A DNA stretch of 58,499 nt from Octopus sinensis (Eukaryota). The DNA lies in the NCBI RefSeq assembly GCF_006345805.1, contig NW_021834932.1, positions 1 to 58,499 of the forward strand. Direction: 5' to 3'. Numbering within the stretch: position 1 is the stretch's first letter; every line of letters begins with the position of its first letter. Of this stretch, positions 11,735 to 24,871 are shown one piece after another. Under the pieces are notes generated by a model. It saw nothing but the letters and a program-made list of their open reading frames with translations, was not told the DNA's origin and searched no databases. The position numbers and the translations under genes were made by a program.

Positions 11735-12855
11735 GTCCTTTTATTCTTTTACCTGTTTCGGTCATTTGACTGTGGCCATGCTGGAACCCCACCTTTTAGT
11801 TGAGAAAATTGACCCCAGGATTTATTCTTTGTAGTACTTATTCTATCAGTCTCTTTTGCCAAACCGCTAGGTTATGGGTCCATAAATACACCAACATTAG
11901 TTGTCAAGTGATGTTGCGGGGACAAACACACAAACATATATACACACACATACATTATATATATAGGACTTGGGATGAGGTGGTGAAGCACGACCTTTGA
12001 ACATTAGGTCTCACCAAGGCAATGACAAGTGACCGAACCCTTTGGAAATATGCTGTACTTGAGAAGACCTGGCAAGCCAAGTGAGACCATAACCTGTGGC
12101 CTATGCCAGGGGCTGACCAGCCCACTTATGCGTACCTTTCCTTCATTGAACACTAAACTCTGCTCGCGAAGACTTGTTGAGGCAAGTGAAATTGAAATCA
12201 AATTCGATGACTGGCATCCATGCTAGTGGAGCGCGAAGAGCACCATCCGAGCGTGATCATTGCCAGAGCAGCTGACTGGCTTCTGTGCTGGTGGCACATA
12301 GAAAACACCATTCAAGCATGATTGTTACCAGCATTGTCTAACTAGCACTTGTGCCGGTGGCACATGAAAAAACATTCAAATGAGGTCATTGTGCAAACGA
12401 GGTCACAGGACTGGCTCCTGTGCAGGTGACATGCAAAAAACACCATTTGAGTGTGGCTGTTGCCAGTACCGCCTGACTGGCCTTCATACCGGTGGCACGT
12501 AAAAGCCCTCACTACACTCTCGGAGTGGTTCGCATTATGAAGGGCATCAAGCTGTAGAAACTCTGCCAAGCCAGATTAGAGCCTGGTGCAACCATCTGGT
12601 TCGCCAGTCCTCATTCAAATAGTCCAACCCATGCTAGCATGGAAAGCGGATATTAAACGATGATGATGATATATACATATATATATACACACACACACCA
12701 CACACACAACAGAGTTCTTTCAGTTTCCATCAACTAAATCCACTCACAAGGATTTGATCGGCCTGAGGCTATAGTAGAAGACACTTGCCCAAGGTGCCAT
12801 GCAGAGAGACTGAACCTGGAACCATGTGGTTGGTAAGCAAACTTCTTACCAAACA
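11735..12855 (-). mobile_element. Family A SINE split by an RTE-derived insertion
   Basis: 3' half at 11735-11935 and 5' half at 12700-12855, with the insert in the central TA tract. Confidence 0.8.
11966..12670 (+). mobile_element. RTE 3' fragment (family E): ORF end [11 protein letters not shown], long 3'UTR with ggtggcac(g/a)taaaa repeats, (GAT)n tail
   Basis: Homologous to 36960-37677 (-), 56885-57545 (+) and the coding fragment at 25290-25482. Confidence 0.85.
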
Positions 12856-13325
12856 CACACACACGCACAATGTATGTACGTATGTAAGAGATCCAGTTTA
12901 AGCTAGTTTCATATGTAATTTAGTTCCAAAATGAAATAAATTTTATTAAGTCTTGGCAACTGTTTGAAGAGTTTCTTGGCAGAGTAAATAATGGTATTGC
13001 TGGCGGTGGCAGCAATGGAATAAATTCCCCTTTCCTCTGATCGTTTGAGGATTTCTGTGAAGCGAAAAATCTTGCTTAATAAGTTTGAAAACAATAAAAC
13101 ATTGAAGAATTTTATGAAGAATATAATGGAGAAAAATGGCTTATTTATGTGTGGGCGGGTATGTGTTGGGTATGTAGGTGTGTATATGTAGGTGTGTGTG
13201 TGTGTGTGCATGTGTGTAGATTGGTATGTGTGTGCAAAGGTATGCCTGTAGGGGTATGCGGGAGAAGGTACATCGGTATATATGGGTGCATGTGTGGGGG
13301 ATCTATGTATGTGAGGAGGTATATA

Positions 13326-13717
13326 GGATCTTTTTGGTTTGAACGGCAGTTTTTAGCATAATTTCTAGGTAACTAAACACTTTTAAACTTCGTATACTGG
13401 TAGAATGTGTTTATAAAACATCTTTTTCTCTTGGCTTTATTGAGAAAATTCTATAGTTTGTAACATATTTCGTCTTTAATTTCTCGCATTTCAGCAATTT
13501 TAACCAATCACTGACGTCCATTGAGCATTCCGTGCATCATCAATATGTCCCTCGTTTAAGAAACAGATTGGGTTTATTTACATTTGTGATGAAAAAAAGA
13601 TACCCTTTCTCCACCCCTAACCCTAACTCTAACCCTAAATCTAAAATAGATTGAAATGCAATGATCAATACTCGGGTCATAATTATGGGTGAACTGCCGT
13701 TCAAACCGAAAAGATCC
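13326..13717. mobile_element. MITE with 26-bp TIRs and internal telomere-like (CCCTAA)n
   Basis: ggatctttttggtttgaacggcagtt (13326-13351) versus aactgccgttcaaaccgaaaagatcc (13692-13717), 1 mismatch; ccctaaccctaactctaaccctaa at 13615-13638. Confidence 0.85.
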
Positions 13718-14324
13718 GGTATATAAGTGTGCAGGGATGTGTGCATGTGTGTGTGTGGTGTGTGTGTAGAGGAGTGCTCTGATTTAGGAATCCCAGCATT
13801 TTGAAGAGAGTAGAACCACCTCTTGGTCCCTATCATTCCCAGATCTATTCTGACCACAAAGTAGCAGCACCTGTCAGGGTCTTCGCTGTAGGTTAATTAG
13901 CATATTAGGTCCTTGCCTGGTCTGACCATCCATTTGAAAGCAGGATCTGGAAAAATCTGCAGAAGAAAACCCTTCATGGTTCAACGAAGGAGCAGGCAGC
14001 TGCAGTGATGCATTGTGGGGTGCAGAGCGCAAGAAAGACGTCTTGGTCATTCACTGCATCTGTCTCCATCCTCAGTTGTCTTGACCTGGTCTTGTGAGTA
14101 AAGATGGTCATGGATGAGAGAGTAAGGCTGACCGTGAGCGACTCTTCTTCACTTTAAACAAAGTCACTGTGCGGGTCACTAGTCATCCTAAAAGATGATG
14201 AGATGGTTCTTGTTGCTCTGATGAATGAAGAAGATGATGATGATGATGTCTATGTGTGTGAATGGTGTGGTATGGGAAGATGCAGTGGTTGTGTGTGGTA
14301 TGGTTTTTATGTAAATACTAGCAG

Positions 14325-14705
14325 TATCGCCCGGCGTTGCTCAGGTTTGTAAGGGAAATAACTATAAAGCATTTTTAGAGAGTTATAGCCAAAAAATAGC
14401 AAAAAAATGGAAAAAAATGATGGTAAATTTTTTTTTGAGAGTTAAAAAAGGATGGAGTTGCGTCCCCTAGACAGTTTGTGGTTCGTGTTTCTGATTCTCG
14501 ACCCCATGTCGAATTTATCGATTTTTTTCAGAACTGGGGAAACTTTTCAAAATTTTGGCTGCGTTAGTTTTGAATTATGACATTGGGCTATGTGTGTGTG
14601 TCAAGTTTCATCAGAATCGGTTGAAAGCCGTGGTCAGGGTGAGGGTACAAGCAAACAGACACACAGAAACACGCACAGACAAACTGCCATTTATATATAG
14701 AGAGA
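14325..14705 (+). mobile_element. Helitron/HINE-like non-autonomous element
   Basis: Starts actagcagtatcgcccggcgttgctc; 3' part aagtttcatcagaatcggttg...acagacaaactgccatttatatatag resembles HINE/Lep1-type ends. Confidence 0.6.
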
Positions 14706-14877
14706 AGAGATATGTATGGATATTTTGTGGTATGTATGTAGTGTGAATGTGGGTGTCAGGTAGTAGTAGTAGTAATGTGTATGTGTGTATTGCAACGTGG
14801 CAGTTTACTGTAACTAGTGGAGTGTGCATGTTGCAACGAGTGGGCTTGCTGTAACGTGCTTGTTGTAACATTGTTGT

Positions 14878-14912
<35 letters not shown>

Positions 14913-15269
14913 AAGGAAGATTGGTATATGTGCTTCTTTACATTTTATAGTTGTTCAGGCTACAACAAAAGATATTCCAGCAAGGACCCTCTCTCTTTTT
15001 TTCTTCAAGGTCATCTAGAATGCAGTATATATCCAACATATCTTTTCCTTAAGACAACAGCAAGGTCCTATTTGAGGGAGCTTTAGTAAGCACATCAAGC
15101 AGGTTGATCAAATGCATGTTTCACAGTTGTCTAGCTCTAGATCAGCTGTAATCAATTAAGCCATCAAGATCAACCTGACTTATAATTGTTTAGCATTTAA
15201 ACTGGCTCAAATATCAGGGTTCAACTGTTCTACCTGTTTTGGGCTCAAACTGTCCAGTTTATTATCCTC

Positions 15270-16262
15270 ATGATTATGCGGTCACGTAAAAAGCACTGGT
15301 ACTAAGTGCCACAGAAAAAGCTCAGTATTGGTGCCACATAAAAAACTGGTGATAGTTACACATCTGGTGCCATGTAAAAGGCACTGGTCCTGGTGTCACA
15401 TAAAAATCATTGGAGCTGGTGCCACATCAAATGCACTGCTGCTCTTGTCACATAAAAAGCACTACTGTTGGTGCCACATAAAAACAGCACTAGTGATGGT
15501 TTCACCTCTGGTGCCAGGGCTATGTAAAAAACACTGGTCCTGGTGCCACATAAAAAGCACAGGTGCTATACAAACAGTGTCCCAGTACACTGCATAAAAT
15601 GATTGGTAATAGGAAGGGCATCCAGTCATAGAAACCAGGCCAAAACTAACTGTGAAACCTAGGGGCAGTTCCTGGCCTTATTAGTTCTTTATTTCTTTAT
15701 TGCCCACAAGGGGCTAAACATAGAAGGGACAAACAAGAACAAAGGGATTAAGTCGATTACATCAACCCCAGTGCGTAACTGGTATTTTATTGGTACTATA
15801 AAGGCGGAGAGCTGGCAGAAACGTTAGCACGTCGGGCGAAATGCTTAGCGGTATTTCGTCTGCCGTTACGTTGTAAGTTCAAATTCCGCCGAGGTCGACT
15901 TTGCCTTTCATCCTTTCGGAGTCGATAAATTAAGTACCAGTTACACACTGGGGTCGATATAATCGACTTAATACCTATGTCTGTCCTTGTTTGTCCCCTC
16001 TATGTTTAGCCCCTTGTGGGTAATAAAGAAATAGGTACTTTATTTATCGACCCTGAAAGGATGAAAAGCAAAAATTGACCTCGGCGGGATTTGAACTCAG
16101 AACATAACAGCAGACGAAATACCGCTAAGCATTTCTCCCAGCATGCTAACGATTCTGCCAGCTTGCTGCCTTAATAGTCTTAGTTCCTTAATGGCCTTAT
16201 TAGTTCTTGTCAAGCTGTCCAACCCATGCCAGCATGGAAAACGGACATTAAATGATGATGAT
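15270..16262 (+). mobile_element. Old RTE-tail repeat with ~23-bp ggtgccacataaaaagcact minisatellite, hosting two nested family B SINEs
   Basis: Tail gtccaacccatgccagcatggaaaacggacattaaatgatgatga at 16217-16262; 16-bp direct repeat ggccttattagttctt at 15674-15689 and 16193-16208. Confidence 0.75.
15800..16037 (+). mobile_element. Family B SINE (aaggcggagagctggcagaa head) inside an opposite-strand family B copy
   Basis: Full unit ending aaagaaataggt; host halves at 15690-15790 and 16035-16172. Confidence 0.85.
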
Positions 16263-16982
16263 GATCTGTGTCATTGAGTTAAATTTCTATCTCTTCTCTT
16301 CTAGGTCGATGGCTTGGTTCCCCCCCCCCACCCCTTGCAACGCCTGCTCCCTCGTGGATCATGTGATGGAAATAAAGTACCAGTCGGCAAGTACAGTTTG
16401 GTGGGAATGTGGTGGGTGTGAGAAAGGAGGACGGGGGGGGGGGGTTACGGAAGTGGGCAGTGATTTGATACATAATAATTAAGTGCAGAAACACCTTTGA
16501 TGACGATGATGATGATGATGATGATGGTAACAGTGGGAGGCTGTGGAGATATGGCAGTGGTAGTGGTTGTGGTGCTCCAGCATGGCAATAATCCAATCAC
16601 CGACTGCCAGAAAAAAAGGTGTGGGGGGGGGAACGAGAAAATCCTGGAATAAATGAATACAGTAAAGCGAAAACAAGGTTGTTGGGGGCGGCGGTGGGGG
16701 GGAACTTACCCCCCCCCCCACCGCCAGTTGAAGGTGAACTAAAAAAAAAAGTAAATAAAACAAACAGATAACGAAAATATAAAATATAAAAAAAAAAGTA
16801 AAATAAATGAATGTAAGAATAAATGAACAAAACAAACAAACAAACATATCAAAAACAAAAAGAGAAGCAAAAACAAAAAAAAAGGAAGAAAAAAAAAACC
16901 AAGCTGAACCAAAAAAACGCTCAGGTATTCTAAAAAAACCAAAGAACATTCAGCAACAGGTCTTATTGATTGCAAAGAGAGA

Positions 16983-16996
16983 GTTGCTATGGCGAC
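16983..16996. promoter_or_regulatory. RFX X-box motif
   Basis: GTTGCTATGGCGAC; its reverse complement GTCGCCATAGCAAC fits the GTHNYYATRRNAAC consensus; lies in non-repetitive sequence. Confidence 0.35.
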
Positions 16997-17391
16997 TAGC
17001 TGTTACCTTTACCTTGTTTGATTAAGGGGTGTAGACAAGGAGGGGTGGTTGGGTGTGGGGCGGTGGTGGATGTTGTCAGAGGTGGGGGAAGGAAGGAAGG
17101 AAGGAAGGAAGGAGGTCGAGTTAGGGGCGAGGTGGGGTGAGGTGTGAGAAGGTGCAGGTAAGGTGAGAGGACAGGAGGGAGTTGGGGAAAAAAAAATAAA
17201 AAGGTGGTGGACTTAGATGGAAATAAATATGTAATAAAGTAAAATAAGATATACATAAAATAATAATAATAATAATTAGGGATCCACCTGCTGCCCCTAA
17301 CAACATTCTCTCATAGACTCTACTGTTATAAACAGACTCAGGTATGGAATCAGAAAAATATTATAAAGAGGATATATATATATCTCCCAAG

Positions 17392-17757
17392 AGGCGCAGG
17401 AGTGGCTGTGTGGTAAGTAGCTTGTTTACCAACCACATGGTTCCGGGTTCAGTACCACTGCATGGCACCTTGGGCAAGTGTCTTCTACTATAGCCTCGGG
17501 CTGATCAAACCCTTGTGAGTGGATTTGGTAGACGGAAACTGAAAGAAGCCCGTCGTATATATGTATATATATATATATGAGTGTGTGTGTTTGTCCCCCA
17601 AGCATTGCTTGACAACCGATGCTGGTGTGTTTATGTCCCCGTTACTTAGCGGTTCGGCAAAAGAGACCAATAGAATAAGTCCCGAGGGTCGAGTTGCTCG
17701 ATTAAAGGCGGTGCTCCGGCATGGCCGCAGTCAAATGACTGAAACAAGTAAAGAGAG
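17392..17757 (+). mobile_element. Family A SINE
   Basis: Full head-to-tail match with an internal deletion. Confidence 0.9.
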
Positions 17758-17791
<34 letters not shown>

Positions 17792-17850
17792 AATATATAT
17801 ATATATATACACACAAATATATACACATTCACATACGCATGTACATATAT

Positions 17851-18234
17851 TCTCTTTTACTCGTTTCAGTCATTTGACTGTGGCCATGCTAGAGCACTGC
17901 CTTTAGTCGAGCAAATCGACCCCAGGATTTATTCTTTCTAAGCCTAGTACTTATTCTATCGGTCTCTTTTGCTGAACCGCTAAGTGACGGGGACGTAAAC
18001 ACACCAGCATCGGTTGTCAAGTGATGTTGGGGAACAAACACAGACACACAAACATACACACACACACATACGATGGGCTTCTTTCAGTTTCCATCATCCA
18101 AATCCACTCACAAGGCTTTGGTCATCCCGAAGCTATAGTAAAAGACACTTGCCCAAAGTGCCATGCAGTGGGACTGAACCCAGAACCCAGTGGTTGTTAA
18201 GCAAGCTACTTACCGCACAGCCACTCCTGCGCCT
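17851..18234 (-). mobile_element. Family A SINE
   Basis: Reverse-complement full copy, tail-to-tail with the 17392 copy. Confidence 0.9.
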
Positions 18235-18369
18235 ATGTGTATCTATGCATGTGTGTGTGTGTGTGTACATAAGAAAGTAAGAGCCGATACTATATAACTT
18301 AATTAGGTTTGATTACATCCATAGGCACATATGATGCTCGAGAGAGAAGATTACAGAATATGACAACAA

Positions 18370-18600
18370 TATATATATAACGGGAAGGTTTATGAAAATA
18401 AACAAAAGACGAAGGCAGGTTTACGAAAATAAACAAAAGACGAAGGCAGGTGGAGTACAAACAAATAATGTATTAGTATGGCGCTCAGGAATAGAAATAG
18501 AACAAGTTTTTTACGCTTCGAGCCTACGCTCTTTGACAGAAAGATACACAGAAAAGAAACAAGGAGAGAAAAAAATTGTGTGTAGGGGCTAACGATTCAA
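18370..18600 (-). mobile_element. Penelope-associated repeat with degenerate hammerhead (18508-18543)
   Basis: Minus strand: cttt CTGTCAA A GAGC gtag GCTC GAA GCGT A aaaa; same family as 47321-47356. Confidence 0.6.
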
Positions 18601-19061
18601 CATGATATATATATCAAACTTTTCCCACAATTGCTCTGTATATCATATGTCATAATCTCTTAATATCCATTGTCCATGCTGGCATCAGTTGGACAGTTTG
18701 ACCAGAGCTTGCCAGCTGGGGAGTCCAGTCTGATTTGGTAGTTTCCATCTACCAAATCCACTCACAAGGCTTTGCTCAGCCCGAGGCTATAGTAGAGGAC
18801 ACTTGCCCGAGGCTATAGTAGAGGACACTTGCCCGAGGTGCCACACAGTGGGACTGAACCCGGAACCATGTGGTTGGGAAGCAAGCTTCTTACCACACAG
18901 CCACACCTATTTATAAGTAGCTGGAGCAACAGAGTGACTCAAGGGTTGAAAAAGTGTCATGCATAGGCACTCAAACTAGTTACATGCGTGCATGCCTGTG
19001 TGTGTGTATGTGTGTGTGTCTATATCTATAATTATGCCTGGACTAGCATGAATATATATAT

Positions 19062-19561
19062 AGGCGCAGGAGTGGCTGTGTGGTAAGTAGCTTGCTAACC
19101 AACCACATGGTTCCGGGTTCAGTCCCACCGCGTGGCATCTTGGGCAAGTGTCTTCTGCTATAGCCCCGGGCTGACCAATGCCTTGTGAGTGGATTTGGTA
19201 GACGGAAACTGGAAGAAACCTGTCATATATGTGTGTATATATAGGCGCAGGAGTGGCTGTGTGGTAAGTAGCTTGCTAACCAACCACATGGTTCCGGGTT
19301 CAGTCCCACCGCGTGGCATCTTGGGCAAGTGTCTTCTACTATAGCCTTGGGCCGACCAATGCCTTGTGAGTGGATTTGGTAGACAGAAACTGAAAGAAGC
19401 CTGTCGTATATATGTGTATGTGTGTGTGTATGTTTGTGTGTCTGTGTTTGTCCCCCTAGCATTGCTTGACAACCGATGCTGGGGTCGATTTGCTCGACTA
19501 AAGGCGGTGCTCCAGCATGGCCGCAGTCAAATGACTGAAACAAGTAAAAGAGTAAAAAGAG
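19062..19561 (+). mobile_element. Family A SINE with tandemly duplicated 5' 181 bp
   Basis: Heads at 19062 and 19243. Confidence 0.9.
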
Positions 19562-19954
19562 TATAACCGTAAACCCACTTTTGGACCACCCTGTGTATTG
19601 TATTTACACCAGCACTCACTTATAAGTGTGTATAAATACACACAAATTATCGTTATCTGTTTAATTTTATTTGTGTGTTTACTTACTGAATGGGATAACG
19701 AGCAAACTATTTGACAAATATTAATTATCCACGTGACATTGAAATTGTTTTTTTTATTTGTTCCAGAACTATCTCGGGAAATACTATTATCAGCAGTATA
19801 CAAATTCACAACTCCTCTATCGGTAACTAGGTTGGTGAGTGCTAACATACGAAACTATAGGCCCTTGAGTCACTCTGTTGCTTCTGCTAACTATTAATAA
19901 AAATACATACATATATATACACACATATATATACACACATACAAATATATATAC

Positions 19955-19985
<31 letters not shown>

Positions 19986-20324
19986 TATATATATACACAC
20001 ACATATATAAAGATTTTTTGTGGCCGTTGCCAGTACCGCCTGACTGGCCCTCGTACCAGTGGCACATAAAAGCACCCACTACACTCATGGAGTGGTTGGT
20101 GTTAGGAAGGGCATCCAGCTGTAGAAACTCTGCCAGATCAAGACTGGAGCCTGGTGCAGCCATCTGGTTCGCCAGTCCTCAGTCAAATCGTCCAACCCAT
20201 GCTAGCATGGAAAGTGGACATTAAACGACGATGATGATGATGATAGATATGTCAATGGATTTGGTAAATGGAAACTGAAAGAAGCCTGCCATATATATAT
20301 ATATATAGAGAGAGAGATAGAGAG

Positions 20325-20578
20325 AGAGTGGTGCAAAAGTGGTATACAGATATGAAAAAGGAAAGTATATACAATACGCATTTATTGATATGGTTATCAA
20401 AATAATTAAACGTTACGATAAAAGTATTATTGTAATTATGATAAATGAATTATGATTAACGACACTGAAGATGTCAAAAATGAGGCTAACTAATTTCATG
20501 TGCTAATGATTTTAATGAATTAATTATTATAACATTGATGGGAGACTTACTGGGTACCTACTTTTGCACCCCACTGTA
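20325..20578. mobile_element. Tc1/mariner-like MITE
   Basis: gtggtgcaaaagt..gtata at the left and tacctacttttgcaccccactgta at the right. Confidence 0.55.
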
Positions 20579-20599
20579 TGTTTGTATGTATGTATGTTA

Positions 20600-20794
20600 T
20601 TTTACTTGTTTCAGTCATTTGACTGTGGCCATGCTGTAGCACTGCCTTTAGTCAAACAAATCAAACCTAGGACTTATTCTTTGTAAGCCTAGTGTTTATT
20701 TCTATTGGTCTCTTTTGCTGAACTGCTAAATTACGGAGACCTAAACACACCAACATTGGCTATCCAGCATTGGTGAGGGGACAAACAGACACAA

Positions 20795-20866
<72 letters not shown>

Positions 20867-21005
20867 CAGCTTCTGTCTACCAAATCCACTAACAAGGCTT
20901 TGGTCAGCCCAAGGCTATAGTAGAAGACACTTGCCCAATGTGCCACATAGTGGAACTGAACCCAGGACAGTGTGGTTCGGAAGCAAGTTTCTTACAACAC
21001 ACACA
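20600..21005 (-). mobile_element. Family A SINE
   Basis: Reverse-complement match to the family consensus. Confidence 0.85.
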
Positions 21006-21494
21006 CATATATTTATGTGTCTGTGTATATCTACCATCACTTCACAACTGATGTTGATGTGGTTTACATCCCTGTGACTTAGCAGTTTAGCAAAAGAGAC
21101 TGATAGAATAAGTACTACTAGGCTTACAAAGAATAAGTCCTGGGATCGATTTCTTTGACTAAAACCTGCTTTATTAAGTGGATGCAAGACAAAGTTGGTT
21201 GAAATAATACAAGTATGAGTGTATACGCGTGACTACATGATATTTTATAAGAAAAGCGATGACAACAGAACAACCGATAATCTTATGAGCTTCATTACCT
21301 TACAGCTGTTTCTGCTATAGGATGTGAAGGATTCATCGTTGAGTGCCTGGGGAACATAGTTTCATCAGAGCCTTAAGTATGTAACTCAGGTACTTGAGTA
21401 GGAGTCCACCACATCTTATGCGGGAAACAGCTGTAAGCTGATGAAGCTCGTAAGATAATTGCTTGTTCCTTTGTCATCTCTTTTCTTATTACCG

Positions 21495-21875
21495 GTGGAG
21501 GCGCAATGGCCCAGTGGTTAGGGCAGCGGACTCGCGGTCATAGGATCGCGGTTTCGATTCCCAGACCGGGCGTTGTGAGTGTTTATTGAGCTAAAACACC
21601 TAAAGCTCCATGAGGCTCCGGCAGGAGATGGTGGTGATCCCTGCTGTACTCTTTCACCACAACTTTCTCTCACTCTTACTTCCTGTTTCTGTTGTACCTG
21701 TATTTTCAAAGGGCCGGCCTTGTCACTCTGTGTCACGCTGAATATCCCCGAGAACTACGTTAAGGGTACACGTGTCTGTGGAGTGCTCAGCCACTTACAC
21801 GTTAATTTCACGAGCAGGCTGTTCCGTTGATTCGGATCAACCGGAACCCTTATCGTTGTAACCGACGGAGTGCTT
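21495..21875 (+). mobile_element. Family C tRNA-derived SINE (gtggaggcgcaatggcccagtgg head), tail type 1
   Basis: A-box tggcccagtgg, B-box gtttcgattcc; same unit at 32870-33242 and 46125-46490. Confidence 0.9.
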
Positions 21876-22291
21876 CCTTCTCTTATTACCACTCTGTACA
21901 TGACTAGCACTGCTCAGTTAAGAAACCCTGGCAGAAACCAAAGGAAAAGGTAAAGGCCGTTACAGCTTGGCACCAGTGACGTCACAACTCATACAGCTGA
22001 GCGTGCTGGGGCAACATGAAATAAAGAACCCAACACACAGCTCAGTTTGGGAATCAAACTCACTACCTCATGATTGTGATACCATGTTCAAACCACTGAG
22101 CCATGCACCTTCACACACACACACATATTGGTAGAAATGGTAAGACAACAAAAGAATGGAAGAGACCTCGATATTATGTAAATAGAGGAATTTTATCTGT
22201 AAATATAATATGTGACCATTATTTGGTAGCCATGATAAAACTCGAAGTTTTATCATGGCTACCGAATAATGGTCATGTATTATATTTACAA

Positions 22292-22322
<31 letters not shown>

Positions 22323-22520
22323 GGTGTGCGTGTGTGTGCGCACGTGTGTAATGGAGAAATTATACAAAATGTATAAGTGGATGATGAGTAAAGAACCAGC
22401 ATAGTTTCAATTACCTGTTATTATCTGTAGATTGCAGGAACGTGTATCGTACTGAATAAAATCTTTTCTTCCATCTATTTTATTAATACTGCTTTATATA
22501 TATATATATATATATATAAT

Positions 22521-22889
22521 ATATTGTTGTATTTCGGAATGGTCATTTTGCCAGTTTAACCAATAAAAACACACGCACTATATATTTGGTGTTATTTTGC
22601 TTCAGTGTTATTTATTTTTTACATTAATCTTAATCTTATTTCGGCCAGAGTTCTTTCGTCACACTCCTGTGACCGCATCAGTGGTCCTTTGCTTTCTTCT
22701 TTCTTATTTGTGTGTCTCTCCTTACTAACCGTCAGCCATTTTGTAATACAAAGAAAGAACTCTGGCCGAAATAAGATTGAGATTTATGTAAAAAATAAAT
22801 AACACTGAAGCAAAGTAACACCAAATATACAGTGCGTGTGATTTTATTGGCTAAACTGGCAAAATGACCATTCCGAAATATAACAATAT
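22521..22889. repeat. Fold-back inverted repeat (~135-bp arms) with hammerhead-like motif
   Basis: Arms 22521-22656 and 22754-22889; motif on the minus strand at 22643-22687. Confidence 0.85.
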
Positions 22890-23168
22890 CTGTTTCAACA
22901 CACGACTTCACATAAAAAATCTTGCACAACAAATATATAAACGTATAAATATATATATATATATATAGTTGTAAATAAGTTTTGGTGTCATCTGTAAAAA
23001 TATGTCTTGTCATGGGGAAATTTTACCTTACTCTGGGAAAGGAAATATAAGGGAAACCAATGGGGGTTGGCGACAGGAAAGGCCTCCAGCCATAAAACAT
23101 CTGCCTCAACTAATTCCATCCAACAAATACAAGCATGAAAAAGTAGATGTTAATTGATAATGATGAAG

Positions 23169-23206
<38 letters not shown>

Positions 23207-24534
23207 CCGTTGCCAGCCTCGCCTGGCCCCCATGCCGGTGGCACGTAAAAAGCACCATCCGACCGTGGCCAGCACAGCCCCGACTGGCCTCCGTGCCAGC
23301 AGCACGTAAAAAGCACCATCTGATCGTGGCCATTGCCAGCCTCGCCTGGCCCCCGTGCCGGTGGCACATAAAAAGCACCATCAGTCCGTGGCCATTTGCC
23401 AGCCCCGTCTGGCACCTATGCCGGTGGCACGTAAAAAGCACCCACTACACTCACAGAGTGGTTGGTGTTAGGAAGGGCATCCAGCTGTAGAAACATTGCC
23501 AGATCAGACTGGGCCTGATGCAGCCTTCTGGCTTCCCAGACCCCAGTTGAACCGTCCAACCCATGCTAGCATGGAAAGCGGACGTTAAATGATGATGATA
23601 TATATATATTGCATCATTTTAACATTCACTTTTCTAAAGTCATGTGCTTGTGAAGCAAAGTTCTTAAACACACAACCATGTCTAATAGACTATTCGTTTC
23701 CTTGATCAGCAAACACTCCCACACAGCTGTTACACTTGATAAAATATTCAATAAGATCGCTATGAAAACCAGTTATTCCACACTATACATTTTCTCAGAA
23801 AATGCAATTGGTGGCAAATTTCCTAAACCCTTTTGTTACCATATATCTGTTGAAATATACTGCATTTGTTTCAATGAATTTGGGGGAAAAAACAAAATGA
23901 AGAATTTAGTAAAATAATTCGGCCATTATTAAGCTGCTGTTTACAAACATAAATTAAGATTAAAATTTTAATGTAAAGTTTAGATTGGATCGATTTAAGA
24001 CAGGAAGCTTGTGCCATATAACCAAGTCATCTCATGCTTGGGGTCAAAAAGGTTAATACCCATCGTTTATCTTCCCTTCCCAATATCTGTCCTTATCGTC
24101 ACAGTCTTATATACATCAGTTGATGCCTTTTAATAAATGATCTCCCTCAAATCACATGGTACCACAGTTTGTTACCAAATTTCTATTGAAAAAACACTGC
24201 CTTTTTTTTTTTCAATTAATTTGAAAATTAATGAACATTTAGTCATATTTGAATGGATGTTTGGAATATAAATTAAGATAAAATTTTAATGAAAAGTTTA
24301 AATTTGAATTACTTTAACCCTTTTGTAACCATATTTCGGTTGAAAAACACTACATTTTTCTTTTCAATTAATTTGGAAATTAATGAACTATTTAGTCAAA
24401 TAATTTAGTCATATTTGAACTGATGTTTGGATTATAAATTAAGATAAAATTTTAATGAAAAGTTTAAATTTGAATTACTTTAAAACAGGAAGATTGTGTC
24501 ATAGTACTCAAAGATGTTAGTGTCAAAGGGGTTG

Positions 24535-24871
24535 CTGAGACCCCCTTCGGTCATGACTGACCGTGGGATTGCACCTAGAAAGTTACCCTCCCAGACACAA
24601 GTCCAGGCAAGGTTGTTTATGGAAGACCATCAGTCGCCCATGCATACCAGCCTCCCCTCTCCACACCACTGATGTTATCCAAGGGAAAGGCAAAGGGGCC
24701 GATACAGCTTGGCACCTGTGATGTCGCAACTCATTTCTACAGCTGAGTGAACTGGAGCAACGTGAAATAAAGTGTCTTGCTCAAGAATACAACACGCAGC
24801 CCGGTCCGGGATTCGAACTCACAACCTCCCAATCGTAAGCTCAACGCTCTAACCACTGAACCATGCACCTT
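24535..24871 (-). mobile_element. Family D CORE-like SINE, full length
   Basis: Minus strand: aggtgcatggttcagtggttagagcg...gttcgaatccc...ttcttgagcaagacactttatttcacgttgctccag; tail also present at 53160-53345. Confidence 0.85.
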
